DNA of 60,972 nt, counting the filler, from Bipalium vagum (Eukaryota): assembly GCA_037834085.1 (NCBI GenBank). It is 3 parts of 3 records of this genome, joined end to end, with 100 filler letters (N's around TTAATTAATTAA, not from the genome) between each part and the next. Parts side by side here need not be neighbours in the genome. Positions count along the whole stretch, not along the records: positions 1 to 24,705 come from JBBMKC010198942.1; positions 24,806 to 40,540 come from JBBMKC010148634.1; 1 more part is not named here. One strand, 5' to 3'. Positions 14,950-25,712 of the stretch are shown piece by piece. Position 1 is the first letter of the stretch. Each line of letters opens with the position of its first letter. The notes under the pieces are model-generated. The model did no database searches. It was given only the letters and a program-made list of their open reading frames with translations, and was not told where the DNA came from. Both the position numbers and the translations under genes were made by a program.

Positions 14950-15230
14950 GACTCAAGTCAAGGGTATCCTATGGCTTAACTCAAACGTTTAACTTTCAAT
15001 ATCACATTTTTCCAAAACCTCATGTGCTTTTGTTTTGATTCCACCTTCACTTATTTGAAAATTATATATATACCATTACCTGTCTATAAAAAACCTTTTA
15101 CAATGGTGTTTGGTACTTCATCTCAAGCATAAAGATAATTGCTTTTAAAGAATAACCTTGCAATGTTAGAGCTACAATCCTCTCCGTGGCATTATTTGAT
15201 ACTATTGGTCTTTTCTATCTTAGGCGTATT
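14950..15230 (-). mobile_element. Tc1/IS630-like transposase N-terminal HTH remnant
   Basis: Minus strand reads RPIVSNNATERIVALTLQGYSLKAIIFMLEMKYQT, resembling the first HTH of IS630-Tc1 transposases. Confidence 0.45.
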
Positions 15231-16779
15231 TCAGTTTTAAAAAGCATTTATTAAAAAGACTGCTTATAGATTTTCGATTAATTACACAATTTATTTTGAC
15301 AACATTATTTAATAAATCAAAAAAACCATTTAATACAGATGTATTAGACATTCATGGACCCTAAAACGTATGGAAAGCTTGAAGTGATCAAATGAAAAAC
15401 CTAACTAAATCCTTTCAGAATTGATAATGATTGCAATTAACTTATCTAAATTTTCACTTTAAAATTACTTTCCACAATTCTTTGTTTACATTAATTAATT
15501 CTTTTACTTCGATTTTAGAGGTTGTCTTCGAATTCACTTCTAACGGAAGAGATATATACCTTCACTTTCATGTTTTCCAATCGATAAATTAATTTTTAAT
15601 TTATTAAAATAACAATACAACATACAGTTTACTCTTAACACTTTGACCCATAAATTCATACCACAATCTTTTTAGGATCACAATAAAAGATAAAAATAGT
15701 GTGGTGCGAAAATTAATTAATTTTCCATATATTTTATGAACACTCTTCATGAAAATTTAAATTAATAAAAAAGTAATTAATTATCCATTTCAACCTAAAA
15801 TTTAATAAGAATTACATAAAATTTTACGCCATATTCCCCTTGAACACTTCTGGGTTATATTCATTTTATTATTTAATTTTCATAATTTTCTGTTATATTT
15901 TTATGTTTAATCGAATGGTTGATACAGAAAATGATAATTTTATAAAAAATAATTATCTTCAATCTAAAAAATAAATAATAATAATAATACTTTTTTCTTA
16001 ATTTTTATTATTATTATTATTATTTATTATTATTTTATTATTATTTTTTTATTATTGGAAACATTATTTGAGACATCAGAGCTATTGTGCTTTGGTGTTT
16101 TGATTACATACGTTTAAGGCTTACTAATTATATGTTTTATATAAAATTATTGATTGTTTACGAACAAAACAAAGATTTGAAGTAGGGTCTTTCGTTGAGA
16201 TTCGTTAATATTATAAGAACGGTAATCAGACCATTGGAATTTTTAATTTTGAAATCATATTGCTTTATTAATACGGCGGAGATTCGTCTACCACGCAAAG
16301 TTTCTAAAGTCCCAATTGTTAATAGAAGAGTTCATTATTTGTATGGATTAATCGATGGAAAAAGCAAATATAAAACATCTCAAACTGTTGATAATTCTGA
16401 TGAATTTTCAAATGTTGATTCTGGTATTTATACAATACCAGATGTTACCATCTCTGAAATTGATGTCGAACTTAGTGGAGCCACAATAAGTGATCATAAT
16501 GAAAACCATGATATAAATAAAACAATCTAAAATTATATCATTTCTACATCATATCGGATTTGCTAAAGATAAATATTTGCAAAAAGAATGATGTGTTGGT
16601 TGGGATGGAAAAGGAAATTATGAATTCACCAAAGGAATTGAAAACTAAATGATACCTTGATAGAGTTTAGAATTTTATTAAATTTTTCAAAAATATTTGG
16701 TTATTACACAATTCGCTTGCTTTCCACATTTCTCTTATCAGGAGCAAAACATACACTCGATATTATAAAATTTCAATGT

Positions 16780-17030
16780 ATCATGAAATTCTTAAAATAA
16801 TAAGAATGTTGGCGATGAATTTGAACATCAAGTGTAAAAATATTGGAACATAAAATGTCACTGATTGAATCTTGTCCCATCAATTAAGTTGCAAACTGAA
16901 GAGGCTTAACTTTATCACCATCATGCAAAGTTTGACGTAAACATATTTTATATGATTAAATCTTTAAATTTCTTGTTAAAATGTTGTGCACAAAAGACAT
17001 TTTCACATTGGTTCTCAATACATTGTAAAT
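16780..17030 (-). mobile_element. Tc1/mariner (DUF4817-type) transposase remnant
   Basis: Minus strand reads VHNILTRNLKI*SYKICLRQTLHDGDKVKPLQFA, matching the HPYKIQL.QEL...D...R..FA motif. Confidence 0.65.
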
Positions 17031-17374
17031 TCTTGAACAAAAGAAAAAAATAAAAGGAAGGTAATTTAAAGTGAGGAACCAGAATGATTAAATATTAAAT
17101 TATATTATTGTCAACATTTGGTCAACTGCTAAATGTTATGCACTGGCAAAATTAGTGTTTTTTTAATGAAAAAGTGTGTAAATAAAAATTTATTTAGACT
17201 TTAAAAAGAAAAATATTATGAATTCACAAGAAAATTTATATTTTGTCATAAATACTGTAGAAAAGATATTTAGTTGATATTTACGATCTTTAAGACTGAA
17301 ATTTTATTCAGATCAATTTTATATAAATATTATGTGAAAGACGTTTACAAATAATACTTAGATAGTGTATAGAC

Positions 17375-17892
17375 CTTAAGTGGACGTGAGGAAACATTGG
17401 TCAAAAGAAAGAAAATTAGAATAGTCTCCAGAGTCTGGTGAACCGAAATCACTGGGAAAATAAAATAAGAAAATATCATTAATGGATTATTAATAAATTT
17501 TTCTTAATCTTGATAAAAATATTTAGATTTAGAAAATATTGGTTTTAAATTTATGTACATTTTGAGAAGAAAAAAATCAATTAATAAGTTAAAAAAATAT
17601 AAAAATTTTGAAAAATAATTTTGCTTCCTTCTTGATATATTATGTTTTTAAAAAAATATTTAAAATTAAAAGTAACCAAAAAAAATTCAATCAATTTAAC
17701 AAATAATTTAATTAATCAATACTCTTTGAAGAGCTTTCCGTCGACTTTAATTGAAACTGATTTGCTTCACTAGACTTTTGATCATCTAAAATAAAAATTA
17801 TTTTTATTTCATTTATTCAAACAATATATACATTACCTACTATTAGGAGATACTTAATGGTCTGCAATAACTTCATTCGTTGATCATAAAAT
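17375..17892 (-). CDS. Three small exons of the Ig/FN3 gene (17837-17892, 17723-17785, 17375-17451)
   Basis: Canonical cag/tag acceptors and gt donors. Phases are mutually compatible and give FYDQRMKLLQTIKYLLIV-DDQKSSEANQFQLKSTESSSK-MISVHQTLETILIFFLLTNVSSRPLK without stops. Links to the flanking exons need additional unseen exons. Confidence 0.6.
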
Positions 17893-19535
17893 CTGCAAGA
17901 AAAGAAATCTTTTTTTAAAATAGAATATTATACCGAAATTTCAGCTTTATATATATATAAAATCAATATCAGAACTCTTTAGAATTAATCAAAATATTCC
18001 TAAAAACCACTTTATATATAAGTAAGGTACGGAAAATGGTTCAGATGCCTTTGAATTAAATAAATAATATTCAGCTAAATAATAAATATTATTATATTAT
18101 TATGCTTATTACACAAAATTTTTGGATAATACAAAGAAGGGTTAACATTCTCAGACGATTTTATTTTTATAAAACCGTTCAAATGAATGATAAAAAAATA
18201 AGTAAATATAATTATAATATATAATTTTATATTTCTTTTCCTTAAGCTCATTACTAATTAATTATATGTTATTTTTATATGAAAATACCATAGATAAAAG
18301 TTCCCATAGGGAAGAATTATTTGCATTTATCATTAATTTTTATTCAAATTTTTAGTGTGCTCATTTCACTGACTGCGCTCATAATCGATGCCCCAGGCCT
18401 TTCTCAATGAAAACTGACGAAGAAGCGGAATTAAAATGTGATAACCAGTGCGATCTCATTTAAACGACAATCTTCCAAAAACCTCTGAAATTTTGACAAA
18501 CAAACTCCAATTGAAAAATTTATAATATATTTTCAAAAAATAATTAATTTGATTGTTTAAATGTAATGAGGAATCTCAGTCTTTCCAACGAAAAATTCTT
18601 TTCGGTTATTATAACAAAGATTTTTTGATGTTTAATTATAATTTTTGTGAAAATAATATAAATAATTCCAAAGTTAAATTCTTAAAAGTATTAATCAAAG
18701 TTCACATCAAAAGATTAAAACAAATATTTTTAAAATTTTTATATATTAATTTTTAAAATAATTTTAAAATTATGAAAATATAAATTATAATAATATAATA
18801 TTTTTCATTATGATATTTAAAACAAATTTTTATTATTTATAGAAATTACATATGTAATATGCCTTCAATGATCAGTTCAATAATTAATATTTATATTTAA
18901 TAAATTCGATCTCTAATGTGTTTAATTGTTTATATGTAGCAATACCAATGCATCTCACAGTTTTACTGATTTCACAAATACGGTTTTTGAACTGATTTAA
19001 ACAAATTTTCTATGGAATTTCTGGATTTTCTAACAATATGAAATTAATTCATTTCTGATTAAGAAAAAAGGAGTTTGTAGGAAAAATAACAAAGGAATGT
19101 GAAAGAAAATAATTATATATAATTAATGATTAATTAATTAATAATTAAATTTATTTGCAGTACGGTTAAAATTCAATAAGATTGAAAATAAATTTTAAAG
19201 TCGAACTCTGCCCTCATTTTATATATATTAACATTGTTCGATGATTTTATTTTAAAATATTTTTAAGATTTCAACCAATTGAACATTGTTTTAATTTATG
19301 AAATTAAAATTAGTTTAACAATAATAGCAATAATTTATAATAACCCTTTCTGATAATGATCATAACGATGAAAAGTGAAAATAATAATTATGAGTAAGAA
19401 GGGTTACCTTGAGTTAGTGTTGGAAAAGGTTTTGTACACTTATTTTTCGTCATAAATCATATTTGTCATGGGATAAATATTTTTTTCATCATTATTATTT
19501 ATGATGTATATTTCATTTATTAAAAAATAAATATT

Positions 19536-20070
19536 CAGTAAATGCTTGATAAATGCAACATTCCTTGAATCCAATTCGTTGCATTTATCAGGATAACTAA
19601 ATTTTATACAATTTTTACTTTTATACCAAATTTTATATATAAACTGAGACAAATATTCGAAAACCATTATATTTTATAAATACATATTAAAACTCTTTCA
19701 GTTTCTGGTACTGTAACTGTGTTTATGCGTTTCATTTTTCCTAATGGAATATAAGCATGCCCTGAAAAATCTTCTGTTTTCCTTCTTTTGGTTAATTCTT
19801 GTAATTGTACTTCCCTGGCCAATTTAGCCATTCGACCTCCTTTTTTCATTGCTTTTATGATTTGAATTTTCTCTTCCAAACTAACTGATTTTTTCATTTT
19901 GTACCTGCTCATTTTAAATAGATTTGAAATGTGTAAATTTATTGTTATTATATAAACAATATCACAATTACACAACCAATTTTAATTAATATTAACTTTA
20001 ATCAAATAAAGGTTGTATTTAGCAAGTAGTCCTGAATTCACAAAATGTTGCGTTTATCAAGCATTTACTG
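19536..20070 (-). mobile_element. Internally deleted pogo/Tigger element
   Basis: TIRs CAGTAAATGCTTGATAAA(T/C)GCAACATT at both ends, TA on the right flank. ORF 19667-19975 encodes a CENP-B/psq-type HTH (KKSVSLEEKIQIIKAMKKGGRMAKLAREV). Confidence 0.9.
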
Positions 20071-20205
20071 TATTTTCTTTTTCATATTGAAAGTAAGACT
20101 TTATAATAAATAATTTTGATTTTGAAAAGAGTTTTCATAGCCATAAAAATTAAGAAACCAACTGATATCGTCATGGATTCATAAAATTATTTCTTGGAAA
20201 AGTAC

Positions 20206-20345
20206 AGTGTTCATTGACGAAAAACGCCTTTCCCTTTCTATATTTATAATTCTGTAAACAATGGTTTAAAGTTCTTGAAAAATTTAAGTGAGTCACATTT
20301 AGAATTGCAATTGGGGTCACTATGATACCTTTATAAGTCTCATTA
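20206..20345 (-). CDS. Exon of Ig/FN3 gene: Ig G-strand and start of next Ig domain (H-NETYKGIIVTPIAILNVT-HLNFS...GKAFFVNEH)
   Basis: ttttag acceptor. Phase 2 joins the 23827 donor in frame to give YIC-H-NETYKGIIVTPIAILNV (Ig N..G.I....A.L.V motif). The 3' donor (gtactt) is tentative. Confidence 0.6.
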
Positions 20346-20769
20346 CTAAAAAACCTTTTTAACATTAATGATTACTGTATAACTAAGTGTTTTCGGTTCT
20401 CTTCTTTTTTTCTTTTTTTGACTGATTGTCATTGGCCTACATTATGTTTGATGTTATCAGATATCGAAGCATTCATTTCATTTATGTTTTAAGCATAATT
20501 TTCTCATTTTCTAGGGGATCAATTATAAAAAATCATTTAAACGAAAATACCAAAATTTTGGAAATATCAAAATATTTTAATAAAATAATCGTAAAAGAAA
20601 ATTTAAATTTATTCTTTGAAGAATTTGAAAAATTTATAATTTCAATAAAAAAAAAGTTAAGGAAGAAATAAATAATTAGAGAAATACGTTATCAAGAGAA
20701 TACCTAATCAACAATAAAATTATTAATGAATAAAACAAAAATTCATTATATATATAAATTATATTAAGT

Positions 20770-21498
20770 GAATATATTATCATTACTTTCTTTGAAGTAA
20801 TTCATTTCTTTGTAACTGTGATTGGCTGAGCATCTTAGTCTAGCCACTGTCCTGAACGTCTGGTGTTGTCAAAGAATATCCATTTTTCATCACTGGTAAT
20901 AATTCTTATGAGGATAGCCTCTTTTTTGATTCTTAGCAATAAAGAAGAATTGACCAATTTTAAAAAGTTTTTTACTTTCCATTTTTTAACATGATCGGAA
21001 ACTGTTGTGTTATCTATTCAAAATATATCTGCAAGTACACCAGTTGATCGTTGAGTTGGACTCGATTTTGGGTTTTTAAGAATTATTATCAATCGCTGAT
21101 GGTCGACCTTAAACGAAACTGGTCTTTAATAAATGTGTCCCCAGAACGGAACCGTTTGAACCAATGCTGAGTATCTCGTTTAATAACCAATTCATTACTC
21201 CATGCTTGGCAATTATTTTGCACAGCCTCTGATGCATTTTTCTTTAACTTATATTCATAAAGTAAGCAAGTTCTAATTAACGACGTTTTCATTGTCTGTT
21301 AAATAGCATTTTATATTATTAAAACAAACCAAAATAATGAAATAAAGTTTTAATTTTATGGAGATTTTTAATTTTAATGCTTTACCTGTCTTATTATTAT
21401 TTTTAATCAATAAATATATAAATATTAGTCGATATTTTTAAATAATTTTGCTTTAAAGTTAGTATATGAAAAGGCGACAGTACTTTCCCTCAACCTAA
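20770..21498 (-). mobile_element. Mariner element, 5' half
   Basis: TIR ttaggttgagggaaagtactgtcgcc at 21498. ORF MKTSLIRTCLLYEYKLKKNASEA...QHWFKRFRSGD, with downstream ITSDEKWIFFDN. Confidence 0.88.
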
Positions 21499-23826
21499 TA
21501 CATAAATAATGTATATAATAAAGAATGTTAATATATATAAACTAAATTTTAAATATATATATATTTTCTCCGAAAAAAAAATTTCAAGGAAATTTTTTCG
21601 TGATGAAAAATTATATTTTTAATGAGATTTTTCATAATAATGAAATATCGACATATTTATTATATTATTCCTTTAATTATTATTTGCATAGTAATAATAA
21701 AACAGCTTATTTAATTGTAGGGATACATTTTATTAAATAATTTATTATTATCTTAAAAAATTACTTGTTTTATTATATTTGGAAATATATCCCAAAATAC
21801 AAAAATAATTAAAATATATAAATTAAAAATAATTTTATCATATTTACTTTTTAAATTTGATTTTGACATAATTTGGAAATACAAAATCAATAAAATTGAT
21901 TTGTTAAAATTTTTCATGATAAAATCTGGTGACGAGAAATAAGTTAGGTTGAACAAAATGTATGAAGGTAAAATGTAAAAATATAATTTTTCCAAAAAAT
22001 TATATTATATTATTTTATTTCTCCAAACCATTTTTCGGCTCGGTAATGGAAATCGGCAGTAAACTACTTAGCGTCATACAATGCAGAATCAATGTGGATT
22101 TTTTTGACAATTTCTGAACAGTCGCTCTGAGAAGTTCAGAAAGAAATTTATAATTTTTTAAATGAGACCAACGTATCAGTGATATCAGAGGCCGAAACGA
22201 AAATCCAAAAACGAAATTCCGTACATTGGGAGAGAAAATAATTGCTGAGACTTCTATAACAGAAATAGAACATTTCTTTTTCAGACGATAACATGGAGAG
22301 GCAAATATGTCAATTAATATTAAAAAATTGTTTCCTATAAAATTAAGGAATTTCGTATATTTGCTTTCCAGTAAGACAATTTGATATATTTTTGGAAGAA
22401 AATTCATTAATTAAAAGTCGGTTTATTTATAAAGGGGAAAATATTTATTGCGATTAATTTATTTTATTAAAGAAAAAATCATCATTGGCTGTAAAATAAA
22501 AATGACGTCTCAATAATATGTTTATTGTACTATTTTTTATCTGTATATTAAACATAATCATAGTAAAAGTAACTTTGCCAGGTTGAAAGATCACAGTTAA
22601 TAAAAATTGATTTTGGGATATCAGTAAGTTCTCTTGTCATTTTAATCAGAAATTTAATTTCGATCAACATATCTTTTTTTGCTTATCCTTCACTATACTT
22701 TATTTATAAAAATTATTTAATAATTAATAATAAATTAATTAATAATAATTTTTTCTTTTTTCATTTCTCTATTTTAAATTTATAATTTTAAATGGATATA
22801 AACAAATATAATTCTATTGGTTGAATGAATGCTGTTACTCAGGCTTTCTCAGATCCTGTCAGGAAATTGTTATGAAGCTCTTATTATTTATTATATATTA
22901 TATCATTTTCAATTGAAATGGTAAAGTGGAAGAAAGAAGACATTTAAATATATATATTTCTGAGATTTTGATTGATAAACCATTTTATGGAAAAGAAACG
23001 AAACAAGTGTGAAGATATATCTTTTCATTATATTCCATAAAAATATATATCTTAAATATAAAATAAAAATATCTTTTAATACTGTCTTCAATAATACTCT
23101 AAAAATTACCGTTAATATTTTTCAACATTGTCTGTACACCACAGTATTATTTTGTGGTATCCTTTATTAAGAAGGAATAAAATATTTAATGTCAACCATA
23201 AATCATCTCCAACATTTCATATATTCATAAACGTATTTTCTATCTTACAGAAATATCTTTCAAGATTTTCTGAAAAGTTATGGTCCATAATATAAACATA
23301 TTGACGGATTTTTTGGTATTCCTTGACAATTTTCATTTAGATCCACTAAGAATAATAATGGGTGAGAGAATCAGATTTTTAAGAGTGGAAAATGAAATTA
23401 AATATTTTTTGACCTATTCTGGGCCCAAAATTCTGAGCCCCCACTCACATTTAATCCATATAAAAAATTAATTTTAATACAATAAATATATTATCATTAG
23501 TACACCAAAATAACAACGATCGTTTAAAAAGTAAATATGTATGTGAAAATATAATGGTTGATTAAAACAAAAATATCATTAAAAAAGCCTTCTATTTATA
23601 TAATAATGTACTATAATTTTCAAATTAAACTAGTAATATCCAGGAAAGGATTTTATTTGGAGATTTTGTTTTAATAAATATTTCATTAATTCATTTGGTC
23701 GTATATCTTTTCTACAACGTTTTATCTATTTATTTTTCCATGAAATATCAGGAAATTTTATTTATTTATTTATTTATTTATATGAATAATTTTATTCAAA
23801 TATTTAAAATTTTATCAGCAACTCAC

Positions 23827-24094
23827 TGGCAAATGTATATTCCTTCGTCTTGATGCTTAGTTGGATTAACGATGCTAAGAATATTTTTTCTTTCAGATTT
23901 CATGTAAAACATTACATATTTATTTTGATGCAAGTCAATGGGCTCTAGGGAATCTTTATATCTGAGCCATTTGACAGTGAAATTCCTCGTGGAATCCTTT
24001 TGAGATTGCTGTAACCTGCATTCTAAATGAATTGTGAGACCAGAGGAAGTTCTTTTATCTATAATTGATACATTTTCCTTCTCAGTATCAGTCT
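23827..24094 (-). CDS. Exon of Ig/FN3 gene: I-set immunoglobulin domain
   Basis: ttattag acceptor and gtgagt donor. Open frame TDTEKENVSIIDKRTSSGLTIHLECRL...FTVKWLRY...KY...ILSIVNPTKHQDEGIYIC contains the B-strand Cys, C-strand Trp and D-x-G-x-Y-x-C motif. Absent from the ORF track. Confidence 0.85.
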
Positions 24095-24519
24095 CTAATA
24101 AAAATATAACATCAATTCGTTTTTATTGATTTTTACATAATATATATTTTTATATATACGATATTATATTTATTGAAAAATGGTACATCACATACATTAA
24201 ATATAATACCTAGACAAATGTTAAGTGAAGAGTATAAGCGAGAATTGCAGAAATTGTTCAAGACTGAACAATTATTTACTAATATTAAAATTATTACAAT
24301 TATCAGCTGAAATGTGAAATATACATATATACATAATATAAATATATATTGTAGAGCACGAGATAATAAGCATTTATATTTGTTTTATAATAGATTTCAT
24401 GATGCATTGTCCAACAGAAATTGTGGAATTTCAGAAATCAGACTATACATAATATTATTATTTAAAGTTTTTATATAAAATAATGTAACCATACTAAAAT
24501 ATTGATTTAAAATAATAAT

Positions 24520-24705
24520 AATAATAATTAATCATTAATAAATAAATAATAAATAATTAATAAATAATTAATAAAGAAATCATAAATAATTAATAAAGAA
24601 ATAATAAATAATTAATAAAGAAATAATTAATAATTAATAAATAATTAATAAAGAAATAATAAATAATTAATAAATAATTAATAAAGAAATAATAAATAAT
24701 TAATA
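24520..24705. repeat. AT-rich minisatellite (~ataaagaaataataaataatta units) running into an assembly gap
   Basis: Direct reading. Confidence 0.85.
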
Positions 24706-24805
24706 NNNNNNNNNNNNNNNNNNNNNNNNNNNNNNNNNNNNNNNNNNNNTTAATTAATTAANNNNNNNNNNNNNNNNNNNNNNNNNNNNNNNNNNNNNNN
24801 NNNNN
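24706..24805. other. Artificial contig linker 44N-TTAATTAATTAA-44N
   Basis: Exactly 100 bp. The 12-mer has stop codons in all six frames, and an identical structure occurs at 40541-40640. Confidence 0.95.
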
Positions 24806-24950
24806 GTCATGATTGACAGCTTAACTGGCCAATCAGAGACACTAAAATGAACAGTAAAATAGTATATAAGCCAGCGAAAATTCATTATTTTTCGCCCAGA
24901 GAATTGCCATATAAAAGGTTTGTTTTATATATAATTGGTGAGCGGCCCGA
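24806..24950 (+). promoter_or_regulatory. LTR-like promoter segment with CCAAT box, TATA box and PBS-like TGG start
   Basis: CCAAT at 24829, TATATAA at 24863, GCGAAAA/TTTTCGC hairpin at 24874-24895, ATAAAA ~24911, then TGGTGAGCGG at 24936 (resembles the tRNA-Leu PBS TGGTGGCAGCGG with a 2-nt deletion). Truncated by the gap and no second LTR seen. Confidence 0.45.
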
Positions 24951-25074
24951 TGTGGTATACGTTGGCTAGAGAGAGAATTTGCGAGCCTGTATTTTATAAA
25001 AGTTTAGGAGGTTGTGTCCGAATTTTTTAGCTTTATAGGCTGTATAGTATAAGAGCCCGAGGAGCTTCATAGGG

Positions 25075-25712
25075 ATGCTACCTACGCCTACCAGTATCAG
25101 AGCAGAAACTAAAGATAGTTTGAGAAGACACTACTTTGTAAAACTGGCTGAGAAATATCAAAAGAAACATGAAGAACTTTATGATATGGAAACAGCGGAT
25201 GACCAAAACATTATTAGAAAATTAATAAACTTGATGGATCCGTTAAATGAGGATAGATAAATTAACTCGTGACAATTTTGAAGAAATCCAAAAGGTTGTT
25301 AACGATTTTGAAGATTTTGTGAATGAACAAAGTAATATAAATGATGATTTGGTTCTAAAATATTTAGTAGAAGAAGCAGTAGATAAACAAAAAGTTTTAG
25401 TTGGTATTACGATGATATTACAAAGGTTATTAAAGATAAATAAAGAAGGTGGAGGACAAAGCCTAGATTTGTTATTAAGGAAAGCTAACAAGAAAATAAA
25501 TGATTTCTTTGTTCCATGGCTCAAATTACATCAGGGATTGCAAGGATTATTACTCACAAAGAAAGATCAATCAGAGCGACAACAGAAATCAAGAAAAGCA
25601 GATCCAAGGAATTGTAGACGTGAATATACAAGAGAAACAAGAAGTGAAGATGATTCAGAATACGAGCAACTTAGAGGAACTCCATAGAAGGGAGCAGGAG
25701 AGATCAGAGTGA
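25075..25712 (+). pseudogene. Frameshifted helical/coiled-coil ORF of unknown family (gag-like position) upstream of the glycoprotein
   Basis: Overlapping ORFs 25075-25260, 25247-25687 and 25500-25712 with E/K/L/I-rich amphipathic composition. No CCHC knuckle or RT/integrase motif recognised. Confidence 0.5.

Noticed and set aside
18385-18420. SMAD MH2-like motif (FSLRKAWGIDYER vs SFVKGWG.DY.R)
   Set aside because: Only a short resemblance, bounded by stops, with no other SMAD sequence nearby.
18380-20200. TGA-to-Trp reassignment or recoding, suggested by TGA codons interrupting plausible frames near 18450, 18950 and 20171
   Set aside because: Confirmed exons (ARHGEF17, TMEM59-like, Ig, FN3) use TGG for conserved Trp and contain no in-frame TGA. 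Alternative splice sites or non-coding status explain these cases.
22015-22407. 130-aa minus-strand ORF
   Set aside because: No recognisable domain or convincing splice sites that fit the Ig gene; the composition is compatible with a regulatory or repeat-derived island.
24520-24705. CRISPR-like or telomeric array
   Set aside because: Plain AT-rich minisatellite without unique spacers, in a eukaryotic context.
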